In this document: positions 13,101 through 23,700 of the stretch, piece by piece
How positions within the stretch are numbered: position 1 is the first letter of the stretch
How the letters are laid out: each line of letters starts with the position of its first letter
NCBI GenBank assembly: GCA_004431415.1
Contig: QPMI01000657.1
Coordinates: forward strand, 1 to 64,000
From: Cyanophora paradoxa CCMP329
Lineage: Eukaryota; Plantae; Glaucophyta
DNA: 64,000 nt
Reading direction: 5' to 3'
Notes under the pieces: generated by a model
What the model was told of the DNA's origin: nothing
Database searches by the model: none
Seen by the model: only the letters and a program-made list of their open reading frames with translations
Made by a program: the position numbers and the translations under genes

Positions 13101-14350
13101 GGGTCGACGTCGACGTCGTCGGCATCGTTGCGGTTCCCGGCGCCCCCGTTCCGGTGTCCCCTGTGGCCCTCGTCGTCGCTGTCGCCTCCAGGGTTCGCTC
13201 CTTGCCCTCCGCCGGCCAGTCCGCCGTCGCCAGCTGCGCCTTGGCCTTGGTTTCCGTCACCCTCAGCTTGCCGGCTGCCTCGTTCGCCCCCTCTTCGCGA
13301 TCGCCACGGTCTTGGCCCCCGCCGCTGCGCCTGCCGCCGGGCGCCTGATCGTCGTCTCCCTGCTGAGCGTCCTCATATTCACTGTCCGAGTGCTGATCGC
13401 GGTGCTGCTGGCCGCGGTGGCGATGGCGCTCGGGTGACGGGATGGCGGCCCCGCGGGCCGGGGGCGTTCTGCGGGGCGCCCTCGAGTTCGCCCTGGCGCC
13501 GGCGCCGCGCGCATTGGTTCTGGGCAACGCCATCGGCGGGTGGGTCGTGAGCGGGGCGCACGGGACTGGCGACCAGCGCCACTGGGGGTCATCAGCTGGG
13601 CGGGCCCGGGCCTGTGATCGTTTGAGTGGGGCTGGGCGACTACAGCAGGGCAAGAGGCGGCGGGGCTCACTGGCATGGGCGCCGGGATGGGTCTAGAGCT
13701 CGACGAGCTCGGGAGTGACGCCGCGGGCACCTGTGATGGCCCAGCGGCAGATGCGAAGTACTGGCGGAGGTCGTTACGCTGCGGTTTCGCTTTGTGAGGG
13801 CGACTGGGGGAGGTGCCAACCGGGTGCCGGGGAAGTAATGGCGCACTGCTACGGGCCGACGGCGCCAGCCTCGCCGGCGCCTTGTCCGCGGCGTGCTGGT
13901 TGGCTGCCACTACGTGCGCCGGGCCGGGCGGCGTCCGATTGGTCCGGATTCTGCACATGAAGGGAGGTATGAACGGGTGAATCGGTGGTTGCAGGCGGAG
14001 CGTCAGGTTCCGGACCATTCGGGGTTGCCATTTCGGTTTGGCGTGTCGCCCGGCCTGTATCCACGCATAGACTTCTCCGTGTGGCGGCGGGACGGGGTGG
14101 CCGGCTCTGCCGACTGCGGGCGTTGTCGCTTCGATCCCGGCCCGGTTTCCGGGCCACGGCCAGTTCGGGGGTCAGCCGCCGCGTTGGGGTCGTCGTTGCT
14201 GTCAGCATCGTCGTCAGGCGCCATCCGGCCGCCCAGCCGCGCCAGCGGTGCGAATGGATTGCCGTCCAGGGTGCTGACTGCTGTACCCGTCCGGTTGTTC
14301 CTCCCCCGGGTCAGAGTTTGGGCTGTCTTAGGACTACAGCTAGCTGTAGC
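10126..14350 (-). CDS. LINE copy A ORF1, spliced, unknown fold with C-terminal RGG-rich tail
   Basis: High-GC3 frames joined by GT-AG introns (10761-10825, ~11037-11104, 11393-11458). Ends ...RGGRGARGGRGFGAGAGRGGGGPGQQRLPWQY* at 10126. Lies upstream of ORF2 and is co-duplicated in copy B. 5' boundary approximate. Confidence 0.65.
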
Positions 14351-14555
14351 TAGCGTTAACAATTGTCCGTGGGCAGATGCCTGAGGTCGGTGATTTTGTC
14401 TGTGGATGCATGTGCATGCATATGCTCGGCGTGCGTGCGTCTGCTTGCATGGGCAGTCGAGGGACGGCAGGCTAGAGATCCAGCTGTAGTGCATGCATAT
14501 GCAGGCCCCGGCTGGCGTCGCAAGGTGGTGGCGGGGGGCGGCCGACAGCAGCGGG

Positions 14556-17500
14556 TCCCCTCACGTCCTGGGCGACCGGCGGCGGCGTCGCGCGCTCCTG
14601 CGGCAGGGCGCGCGCGCGCGGGGGGGGCGCGGGCGGGTTGCACGGGCTCGCTCGGCGTCGGCGGAGGCGTCGGTGGCGTAGCGGCCTCGTCCCTCGCGTC
14701 CTGGGCGACCGCGGCGGCGTCGCGCGGCTCCTGCGGCGGGCGTGCGGCGCGCGGGCGGGGGCGCGGGCGGGCTGCACGGCTCGCTCGGCGTCGGCAGGAG
14801 GCGTCGGCGGCGTCGCGGCCTCGTCCCCTCGCGTCCTGGGCGTCCGGCGGCGGCGGCGCGCGGCCTCCTGCGGCGGGGCGCGCGGCGCGCGGGGGGGGGC
14901 GCGGGCGGGGCTGCACGGGCTCGCTCGGCGTCGGCGGGAGGCGTCGGCGGCGTAGCGGCCTCGTCCCCTCGCGTCCTGGGCGACCGGCGGCGGCGTCGCG
15001 CGGCCTCCTGCAGCGGGGCGCGCGGCGCGCGGGCGGGGGGCGCGGGCGGGGTTGCACGGGCTCGCTCGGCGTCGGCGGGAGGCGTCGGTGGCGTAGCGGC
15101 CTCGTCCCCTCGCGTCCTGGGCGTCCGGCGGCGGCGGCGCGCGGCTCCTGCGGCGGGGCGCGCGGCGCGCGGGCGGGGGCGCGGCGGGGCTGCACGGGCT
15201 CGCTCGGCGTCGGCGGGAGGCGTCGGCGGCGTAGCGGCCTCGTCCCCTCGCGTCCTGGGCGACCGGCGGCGGCGTCGCGCGGCCTCCTGCAGCGGGGCGC
15301 GCGGCGCGCGGGCGGGGGCGCGGGCGGGGTGCACGGGCTCGCTCGGCGTCGGCGGGAGGCGTCGGCGGCGTAGCGGCCTCGTCCCCTCACGTCCTGGGCG
15401 ACCGGCGGCGGCGTCGCGCGGCCTCCTGCGGCGGGCGCGCGGCGCGCGGGCGGGGGGCGCGGGCGGGGCTGCACGGGCTCGCTCGGCGTCGGCGGGAGGC
15501 GTCGGCGGCGTAGCGGCCTCGTCCCCTCGCGTCCTGGGCGTCCGGCGGCGGCGTCGCGCGGCCTCCTGCGGCGGGGCGCGCGGCGCGCGGGCGGGGGGCG
15601 CGGGCGGGGCTGCACGGGCTCGCTCGGCGTCGGCGGGAGGCGTCGGCGGCGTAGCGGCCTCGTCCCTCACGTCCTGGGCGACCGGCGGCGGCGGCGCGCG
15701 GCCTCCTGCGGCGGGGCGCGCGGCGCGCGGCGGGGGCGCGGGCGGGCTGCACGGGCTCGCTCGGCGTCGGCGGGAGGCGTCGGCGGCGTCGCGGCCTCGT
15801 CCCTCGCGTCCTGGGCGTCCGGCGGCGGCGTCGCGCGGCCTCCTGCGGCGGGGCGCGCGGCGCGCGGGCGGGGGCGCGGGCGGGGCTGCACGGGCTCGCT
15901 CGGCGTCGGCGGGAGGCGTCGGCGGCGTCGCGGCCTCGTCCCCTCGCGTCCTGGGCGTTCGGCGGCGGCGGCGCGCGGCCTCCTGCAGCGGGGCGCGCGG
16001 CGCGCGGGCGGGGGCGCGGGCGGGGCTGCACGGGCTCGCTCGGCGTCGGCGGGAGGCGTCGGCGGCGTCGCGGCCTCGTCCCCTCGCGTCCTGGGCGTCC
16101 GGCGGCGGCGTCGCGCGGCCTCCTGCGGCGGGGCGCGCGGCGCGCGGGCGGGGGCGCGGGCGGGGCTGCACGGGCTCGCTCGGCGTCGGCGGGAGGCGTC
16201 GGCGGCGTAGCGGCCTCGTCCCCTCGCGTCCTGGGCGTCCGGCGGCGGCGGCGCGCGGCCTCCTGCAGCGGGGCGCGCGGCGCGCGGGCGGGGGCGCGGG
16301 CGGGGCTGCACGGGCTCGCTCGGCGTCGGCGGAGGCGTCGGCGGCGTCGCGGCCTCGTCCCCTCGCGTCCTGGGCGTCCGGCGGCGGCGGCGCGCGGCCT
16401 CCTGCGGCGGGGCGCGCGGCGCGCGGGCGGGGGGCGCGGGCGGGGCTGCACGGGCTCGCTCGGCGTCGGCGGGAGGCGTCGGCGGCGTCGCGGCCTCGTC
16501 CCTCGCGTCCTGGGCGTCCGGCGGCGGCGGCGCGCGGCCTCCTGCGGCGGGGCGCGCGGCGCGCGGGCGGGGGGCGCGGGCGGGGCTGCACGGGCTCGCT
16601 CGGCGTCGGCGGGAGGCGTCGGCGGCGTAGCGGCCTCGTCCCCTCGCGTCCTGGGCGTCCGGCGGCGGCGGCGCGCGGCCTCCTGCGGCGGGGCGCGCGG
16701 CGCGCGGGCGGGGGACGCGGGCGGGGCTGCACGGGCTCGCTCGGCGTCGGCGGGAGGCGTCGCGGCGTCGCGGCCTCGTCCCTCGCGTCCTGGGCGTCCG
16801 GCGGCGGCGGCGCGCGGCCTCCTGCGGTGGGCGCGCGCGCGCGGGCGGGGGCGCGGGCGGGGCTGCACGGGCTCGCTCGGCGTCGGCGGGAGGCGTCGGC
16901 GGCGTCGCGGCCTCGTCCCCTCGCGTCCTGGGCGTCCGGCGGCGGCGGCGCGCGGCCTCCTGCGGCGGGGCGCGCGGCGCGCGGGCGGGGGCGCGGGCGG
17001 GCTGCACGGGCTCGCTCGGCGTCGGCGGGAGGCGTCGGCGGCGTCGCGGCCTCGTCCCCTCGCGTCCTGGGCGTCCGGCGGCGGCGGCGCGCGGCCTCCT
17101 GCGGCGGGGCGCGCGGCGCGCGGGCGGGGGCGCGGGCGGGGCTGCACGGGCTCGCTCGGCGTCGGCGGGAGGCGTCGGCGGCGTAGCGGCCTCGTCCCCT
17201 CGCGTCCTGGGCGTCCGGCGGCGGCGGCGCGCGCCTCCTGCGGCGGGGCGCGCGGCGCGCGGGCGGGGACGCGGGCGGGCTGCACGGGCTCGCTCGGCGT
17301 CGGCGGGAGGCGTCGGCGGCGTCGCGGCCTCGTCCCCTCGCGTCCTGGCGTCCGGCGGCGGCGCGCGGCCTCCTGCGGCGGGGCGCGCGGCGCGCGGGCG
17401 GGGGACGCGGGCGGGGCTGCACGGGCTCGCTCGGCGTCGGCGGGAGGCGTCGGCGGCGTAGCGGCCTCGTCCCTCGCGTCCTGGGCGTCCGGCGGCGGCG

Positions 17501-18536
17501 GCGCGCGGCCTCCTGCGGTGGGGCGCGCGGCGCGCGGGCGGGGGCGCGGGCGGGGCTGCACGGGCTCGCTCGGCGTCGGCGGGAGGCGTCGGCGGCGTCG
17601 CGGCCTCGTCCCCTCGCGTCCTGGGCGTCCGGCGGCGGCGGCGCGCGGCCTCCTGCGGCGGGGCGCGCGGCGCGCGGGCGGGGGCGCGGGCGGGGCTGCA
17701 CGGGCTCGCTCGGCGTCGGCGGGAGGCGTCGGCGGCGTCGCGGCCTCGTCCCCTCGCGTCCTGGGCGTCCGGCGGCGGCGGCGCGCGGCCTCCTGCGGCG
17801 GGGCGCGCGGCGCGCGGGCGGGGGCGCGGGCGGGGCTGCACGGGCTCGCTCGGCGTCGGCGGAGGCGTCGGCGGCGTAGCGGCCTCGTCCCTCGCGTCCT
17901 GGGCGTCCGGCGGCGGCGGCGCGCGGCCTCCTGCGGCGGGGCGCGCGGCGCGCGGGCGGGGACGCGGGCGGGGCTGCACGGGCTCGCTCGGCGTCGGCGG
18001 GAGGCGTCGGCGGCGTCGCGGCCTCGTCCCCTCGCGTCCTGGGCGTCCGGCGGCGGCGGCGCGCGGCCTCCTGCGGTGGGGCGCGCGGCGCGCGGGCGGG
18101 GGGCGCGGGCGGGGCTGCACGGGCTCGCTCGGCGTCGGCGGGAGGCGTCGGCGGCGTAGCGGCCTCGTCCCCTCGCGTCCTGGGCGTCCGGCGGCGGCGG
18201 CGCGCGGCCTCCTGCGGCGGGCGCGCGGCGCGCGGGCGGGGGCGCGGGCGGGGCTGCACGGGCTCGCTCGGCGTCGGCGGGAGGCGTCGGCGGCGTCGCG
18301 GCCTCGTCCCTCGCGTCCTGGCGTCCGGCGGCGGCGGCGCGCGGCCTCCTGCGGCGGGGCGCGCGGCGCGCGGGCGGGGGCGCGGGCGGGGCTGCACGGG
18401 CTCGCTCGGCGTCGGCGGGAGGCGTCGGCGGCGTAGCGGCCTCGTCCCCTCGCGTCCTGGGCGTCCGGCGGCGGCGGCGCGCGGCCTCCTGCGGCGGGGC
18501 GCGCGGCGCGCGGGCGGGGGGCGCGGGCGGGGCTGT
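14556..18536. repeat. GC-rich tandem array, ~140-bp unit, ~28 copies
   Basis: The same position of the unit recurs at 15901, 16041 and 16181 (period 140). Units differ mainly by a few SNPs and single-base indels. Confidence 0.95.
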
Positions 18537-18835
18537 CCGGCACGCCTTGGTGGCGGTCGGAAGCGTAGGCGGGCTGTTTGCGCCCCTCGTTGTCCCGGGC
18601 GATCGTCAGCGTCAGTAGCGCGGCCGCGGTACGGGTTGCTGCGGTCGAGCGGGGGAGGGGAAGCCAGCGGGTTGCAAGCGCGTAGCTACCCGAGTTTGAG
18701 CGTGTCTGGCTGAGGTCTCCAGCGGTGTGAGCATTCGGGCAGGCTGACAGAATCTCGGCTGACGCTGAAAGCTCGAGGTTTCCTAGGAGCTGTCTACAGC
18801 GGACCGGGTCCGCATTCAGATAAGCGTGCAGGCAC

Positions 18836-18930
18836 GCATTCAGGGCAAGCGTTCGAGGCCAGCGTTCAGGGCAAGCGTTCAGGGCCAGCGTTCGGGGCAA
18901 GCGTTCAGGGTCAGCGTTCCGGGCATGCGG
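18836..18930. repeat. 13-bp minisatellite (GCGTTCAGGGCMA-like, ~7 copies)
   Basis: gcgttcagggcaa / gcgttcagggcca / gcgttcggggcaa / gcgttcagggtca in tandem. Confidence 0.8.
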
Positions 18931-18963
18931 CTCGGCCGAGGATGGACGCGGCGTAAGGCCGGC

Positions 18964-19266
18964 CTCCTGGCTTCGCTTAGAGACTAGCTTTCGTGTTACA
19001 GCAGGATCCGCGGCCTGCTGGGGCCGGGTCCGGGAGGCAGCGGTCGGTGTCGTAAGAGCAGGCTGGCGCTTCAGGCCGGTGGTGCAGTCATGATTAGACT
19101 GTTCTCCTAGCGTGGCTGTCGAGCGTGCGCGAGCCCGGGCTAGCCGGATCCGCACATTTGATGGGTACGTTTTCCACCCACGTACCCCTCTGGGCCTCGC
19201 GTGCAAGTCGTGATCGGGTCTAGATCTACAGGGCCAGGTGCGCGTCCGGCGCGTATGAGTACGGGT
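18964..19266 (-). repeat. Second copy of the ~300-bp LINE segment; candidate 5' leader of copy A
   Basis: Matches 9570-9878 in the same orientation, and the match ends sharply at 19266. Confidence 0.85.
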
Positions 19267-20124
19267 TAATTTGCACCATGCTCTCGCAGCTAGAAGAGTG
19301 GGGGGTACGTACCGAACTGACGCGCACTCGTCCTGCTTCGCGCCTGCACTGGCATGCACTACGATGCGTATAGACCTTGCGCCGTCCCTGGGGCCGCACA
19401 GAATCGACGTGCGCCACCCCTGCGTGCAGTGCCGCCCGCCCCATGCTAGCTACATCTATATGCTGAACGCGACTTGCACGGCCGCGTCCCTGAGCGTGCG
19501 CTGCGGCCATTTCACATGCACTAGACTACATTCATCGCTTCTGAGGTGCCCCCGTCGCCCCGCTATGCGCAGACACAAGGCACATGCATATCATATACTT
19601 CTGGCGCTATAGAACTCTCTAGTTACCGGCCTGTCTACCCCCTCGCAGCCGGCCTCGCGTCGCGCAGCCGGCCGCTCCGCACTCCCGCGTGCCGCGCCTG
19701 GGCCGGCCGCGGGTTAGCCGAGCAGCTAGTGCCGCGCGGGCCAGGCGCGGGGACCGTCGGACACGGGAGCTCGAGTGCGGTGGCGCGCGCGGCTCGCGCG
19801 CCGGCAGAGCGGAGCGCGCGCGCGGCGCGACGCCCCGCGGCCGGCCGCGCGCGGAGGCGCGGCGGGCGGCGCGCGGCGCGATTATGCTTAGCTGCGCTCT
19901 ACAAGCAGTGCATGCTGCCGCAGTGCAGTGCAGCTGCAGGCTGGCACATCGCGGTTGCGTGGGCGGCAAGTCGTTGGCGGCGGCAACTTCCGGCAAGGAG
20001 CCTTGCGCGGGACTCGGGATACAGCAAAAAGAGACGTCCGGCGGCGCCGGCCTTATCCACAGCGGGGTACCACAAAAAGACTTATCGCCGACGGAAAAAA
20101 GACCGACTTGCAAACTGGCCGACT

Positions 20125-20193
20125 TGGACAGCGTGACAGACAATCCGACGGGTAGCAAGGGGGGTTTGAGCAGCTGACCCCCCCTTGCAATAA
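20125..20193 (-). mobile_element. Possible Helentron/HINE (DINE-like) 5' terminus
   Basis: Minus strand reads TTATT-GCAAGGGGGG...CCCCCCTTGC (hairpin 20155-20188), then TCGGATTGTCTGTCA. It coincides with the point where the Tx1-like LINE stops without a tail. Other end not identified. Confidence 0.3.
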
Positions 20194-20789
20194 GAGGAGG
20201 GGCGAAACGCAAGCCAGTAGTGACAGGGAAGGCAGACGATGGGGCTGAACCAGGCGGGAGAGGCAAATATAGCGAAGTAGAAGAGAGAGAAGGGTACACA
20301 CGAGGAACGTCACCATACACAAAATACTCACTGCCAAAAACTATACGGTCTGACGGTCGCTGAAGATAAAGAGGCGGAACTGCCTGAGGGCTAACAGTGA
20401 GAGATGGAGGAGGAAGAGGCAGAGCTAACGACAAAGGGAACGGAATCAAAGGTACAGGGAAGGCATGGAATACACGAGGAACTGGAAGGTGGAGGGGCCA
20501 GTGCTCCTAACTAACATCGATGAAGCATCTGATGGAGGTGACGGCAAAACAACTGAGGGTAAACTAAGTTGAGGTGAAGCGAAGATTGATACAAGACTAT
20601 CATGAATCAAAGGGGGCCATGCAGGAACCGGCGGGCGAGGTGGATCTGGCGGACAGCCAGAGGGAAGCCGAAGGTACAGGAGAGGAAAGCCGCAGGCGCC
20701 GAGACACATGGACAGGGACGGTTCGGCATCGGGAGGCAAGGTTGAATTCGACGGAGACCGGGGGCGGCGGATTCGTGAAACGGAAGGTA

Positions 20790-23700
20790 TCAGAGAAGGA
20801 CTAGGGGGGGCAGGGAAGTACGGAGCCGCTGAGCAGGTGGCGACGGTGAGGGTGCAGGGGAGCGAATCCGTCGCAAAGTCGGAACAGGCTGACGGGGCTC
20901 GGCATATGTAGCCGCAGCTGCAGGAGCTGGAGCGAGCACTGGGGGTGCCGGATCCGGAGACTGGAGGCGGGGGCGCTGGGCAGGAGGCACAGGATCTGGA
21001 GGATTCTCTGAACTAGAGGGGGTTCGAGGTCGGCGAACGCCACGGGCGTTAGCAGGATGTTTATCAGCCCGAACATGACGGTCACGATCAGCAGAAGACT
21101 GAAAGTTCTTCCCACAAATAGGGCATATTAATGTGGAGGCAGAAGCGGCGCTAGCACTAGCATCGGCAGACGAGCTCAAACGAGAACTCGAGGGAGCCGG
21201 GACCGAAGCTGTATCAGCGCTAGCAGATGGCCTCGCAATGTGCTGAACTTGAGGATTCACGCCGACGCCATTAACTGTAGCAGCAGGCCTAGGGGTAGCG
21301 ACTGCAGGGGGGCCCGGGACCGCGACTGCTGGGGGGCCCAAGCGCTGTAGAGGGATAGCTCCGCGCACAGAAAAGAAGCTCGCATCAAAAATAGATTGAG
21401 GGGGCTAGGGCGGTCACGTGACTCAGGGTTTGAACCATCGTAATCAGAGCCCTCCCCTAAATGCCGTAAACGAAGAAGCTCAATGCGCTCGACAGCAGGA
21501 GGCAACGTAATCTCGAGAATATCCAGAAAACGTTTCCACAGGTTTAGCAGAGCATTAACGGAGTACACTGGTACCCGCTCAGCAAGTAAATTATCGGGTG
21601 ACAGATATGCACGGGACAGCTGAAAAATTGCGTAAATGCCCGCCAAAATATAACCGAGATACCGAACACAGAAATCGGCATCCACAGAAGATGTGATCAA
21701 TGTCCCCGCAACACCGGGAACTTGTGGATCTAGAATAGCGGAGAACGTAATAGGAGGCAATGGTAAAGAGGGCTGCACGTCCTCGGGCAAAGCCTCTGCT
21801 AAGGATGTGAGCTCAGCATGCATGGCCCGCCAAAAACCCTGCACCACAGGGCAATCAAAGAAAACGTGCCGCACTGAACGATGCTGCCCATCATTACAAG
21901 CGCGGCAGAAAATAGCCGCGACCGGCGGCCGTTGTAAAGATGGGAAAGCCTTATATCGGAGACGGAAGAGGACATCGAGCCACAGCATAGGAAAGGCACG
22001 AAGGGCGACGAGCTGAGACACGCGATTAAGAGGGAGATCCAGACCCCAGTGTTCTGAAGGCATCTTAGCCCTACTCCGCACCCGCCACAGTCGCTGTACC
22101 TCGAGCTGGTAAAAGCGCCGAACAGAAAAGCCCTGAAGCGTGAGCATCTTATCGAATGTGAAAGCAAAATTGCTGTAGGAAAGCGTAGCTGTCGAACCCG
22201 TACCAAGCGAAACCAGAATTGGACGCGAACCTCTGCGCAAAGAAATAAAATACTGGGAGGAGAGCACATGAAGCGGCAAGAGGCCAGCTGGTACGCCAGG
22301 GTACAAGAGCGGATCTGGAGGGCGGCCACGGGGCCACGGGACGAAATCCAACACCCGTGGGACAATCTCACCTTCAAAAAGAGGGAAGGCCACAAAAAAG
22401 CCCGAGGGACCCCTCAGATACACATATTTATCATCTTTCGATTTATACCATAAGAAACGTTCCGGTACGGCATTAGCAGTAAGCGTTGTAAGCCAACTGG
22501 ATGGCAGGGCACGACAAATTTGATCAAAGGCAGCAGTATAATCAACTAGCATTGCAGGGGGAGCACGAAATCGGTGCAACTGTACATCCCAAATGTCAGC
22601 GACGCGCTGTACACCGGCTCTCGCAAACTCAGTATGTGTCTGTGCTGCAATGTCACTAGGAAGAACATATAAAGGATTAAGAAAAATAGGCTGGGTCAAA
22701 ATTTGATGCACGGTTGTAGGAGATGCAACGGCTTGACGATCTCGCCACGCCTCAAACAGCATCTGCCAAAGCGGTGGCAAATGCAATCTTGGCAAGATGG
22801 CAGACACATCAAGCCCCAAAATGACATTAGCATAAGAGAATGGAGCCAACTGACGGTCTATTTGGTATTGAATATATTCCTTCCAAGGAGCTGAACAGGC
22901 CGGGTCGTTAAGGAAGGCAAGCCATTTAGATTTTAAAGCCAGCGAAAATGTAACAATATCTGGGCAATTTAATCCACCGTCTTTAAACGGAAGCGCCGTA
23001 ACATATGTAGATACGGAGCCGCGTACACCCGAAAAGTTGCGGATTAAATTACTCCAAGCTTTATAACGATCACCTCCCGGTTCTAAAATATACAGCGGAT
23101 AATGTAGTGATCCCACAATAGCAGCCCACGCAAGTAAAACACCAGAGCGTAGAGGCATCCGATTTCGGTTAACTGACTGTGCGCGCAGAACGAGAGCAGC
23201 AGTCTTTTTATTCCAAAACCGGTCATGCACTAGCTCCAGAGGGAACCCGAGATATTTGGCGATCTTGGCATCTGCGGAAATCTCAGAAGGATCAACCTTC
23301 ATACGCTCAAAAGGACAATCAGGTGGAAGAGATAAATTTGAGTGCATGGGTAGTATATGCGATTTTTCGAGATTAATTTTCGCCCCTGTTAACCGTTGAA
23401 ATTTCTTAATGAGAGCGTCCCAAATGGGGAATTCCGCAAAGGAGGTAATAAGAGGAACAGTATCATCAGCAAACTGGAGGACCTTGCATATGGACCGCCC
23501 AGAAATTTGCACCCCGCGTATACGGGGTTCAGTATCGATTAACATGATTAATAGATGCGCGATAGAGGACCACCCTGCCGGACTCCGCACCGGATGGGAA
23601 ACCGAGGCGTTGTCCAGCCATTAATATGGATCATCCCCGACAGATCAGAATACAAAAGACGGACCCAGTCAGTAAAGTATGACCCAAATCCATATTGATT

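Larger units (their letters stand above)
1..14350 (-). mobile_element. Large non-LTR retrotransposon, copy A (intron-containing ORF1 + APE-RT-RNase H-ZnF-C48 protease ORF2); 3' end lies left of the window, 5' end may extend to 19266
   Basis: Domain motifs as listed for the ORFs. Positions 1-12489 are near-identical to 45907-58435 (copy B), which ends in a poly(A) tail. Confidence 0.9.

Noticed and set aside
12188-13348. Hydrophobic 386-aa plus-strand ORF that looks like a membrane protein
   Set aside because: It is the antisense shadow of the Asp/Gly/His-rich ORF1 on the minus strand.
14556-18536. CRISPR interpretation of the tandem arrays (also 32498-32944 and 58522-59265)
   Set aside because: No unique spacers, no cas genes, and a eukaryotic context.
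9570-19266. The 300-bp direct repeats as LTRs of an LTR retrotransposon
   Set aside because: No TG..CA ends, PBS/PPT, integrase or LTR-type RT between them; the RT lies outside and is LINE-type.
14356-19359. Very long ORFs (up to 1278 aa) over the 140-bp array
   Set aside because: They arise from a stop-poor GC-rich repeat whose unit is not a multiple of 3; the translations cycle through all frames.
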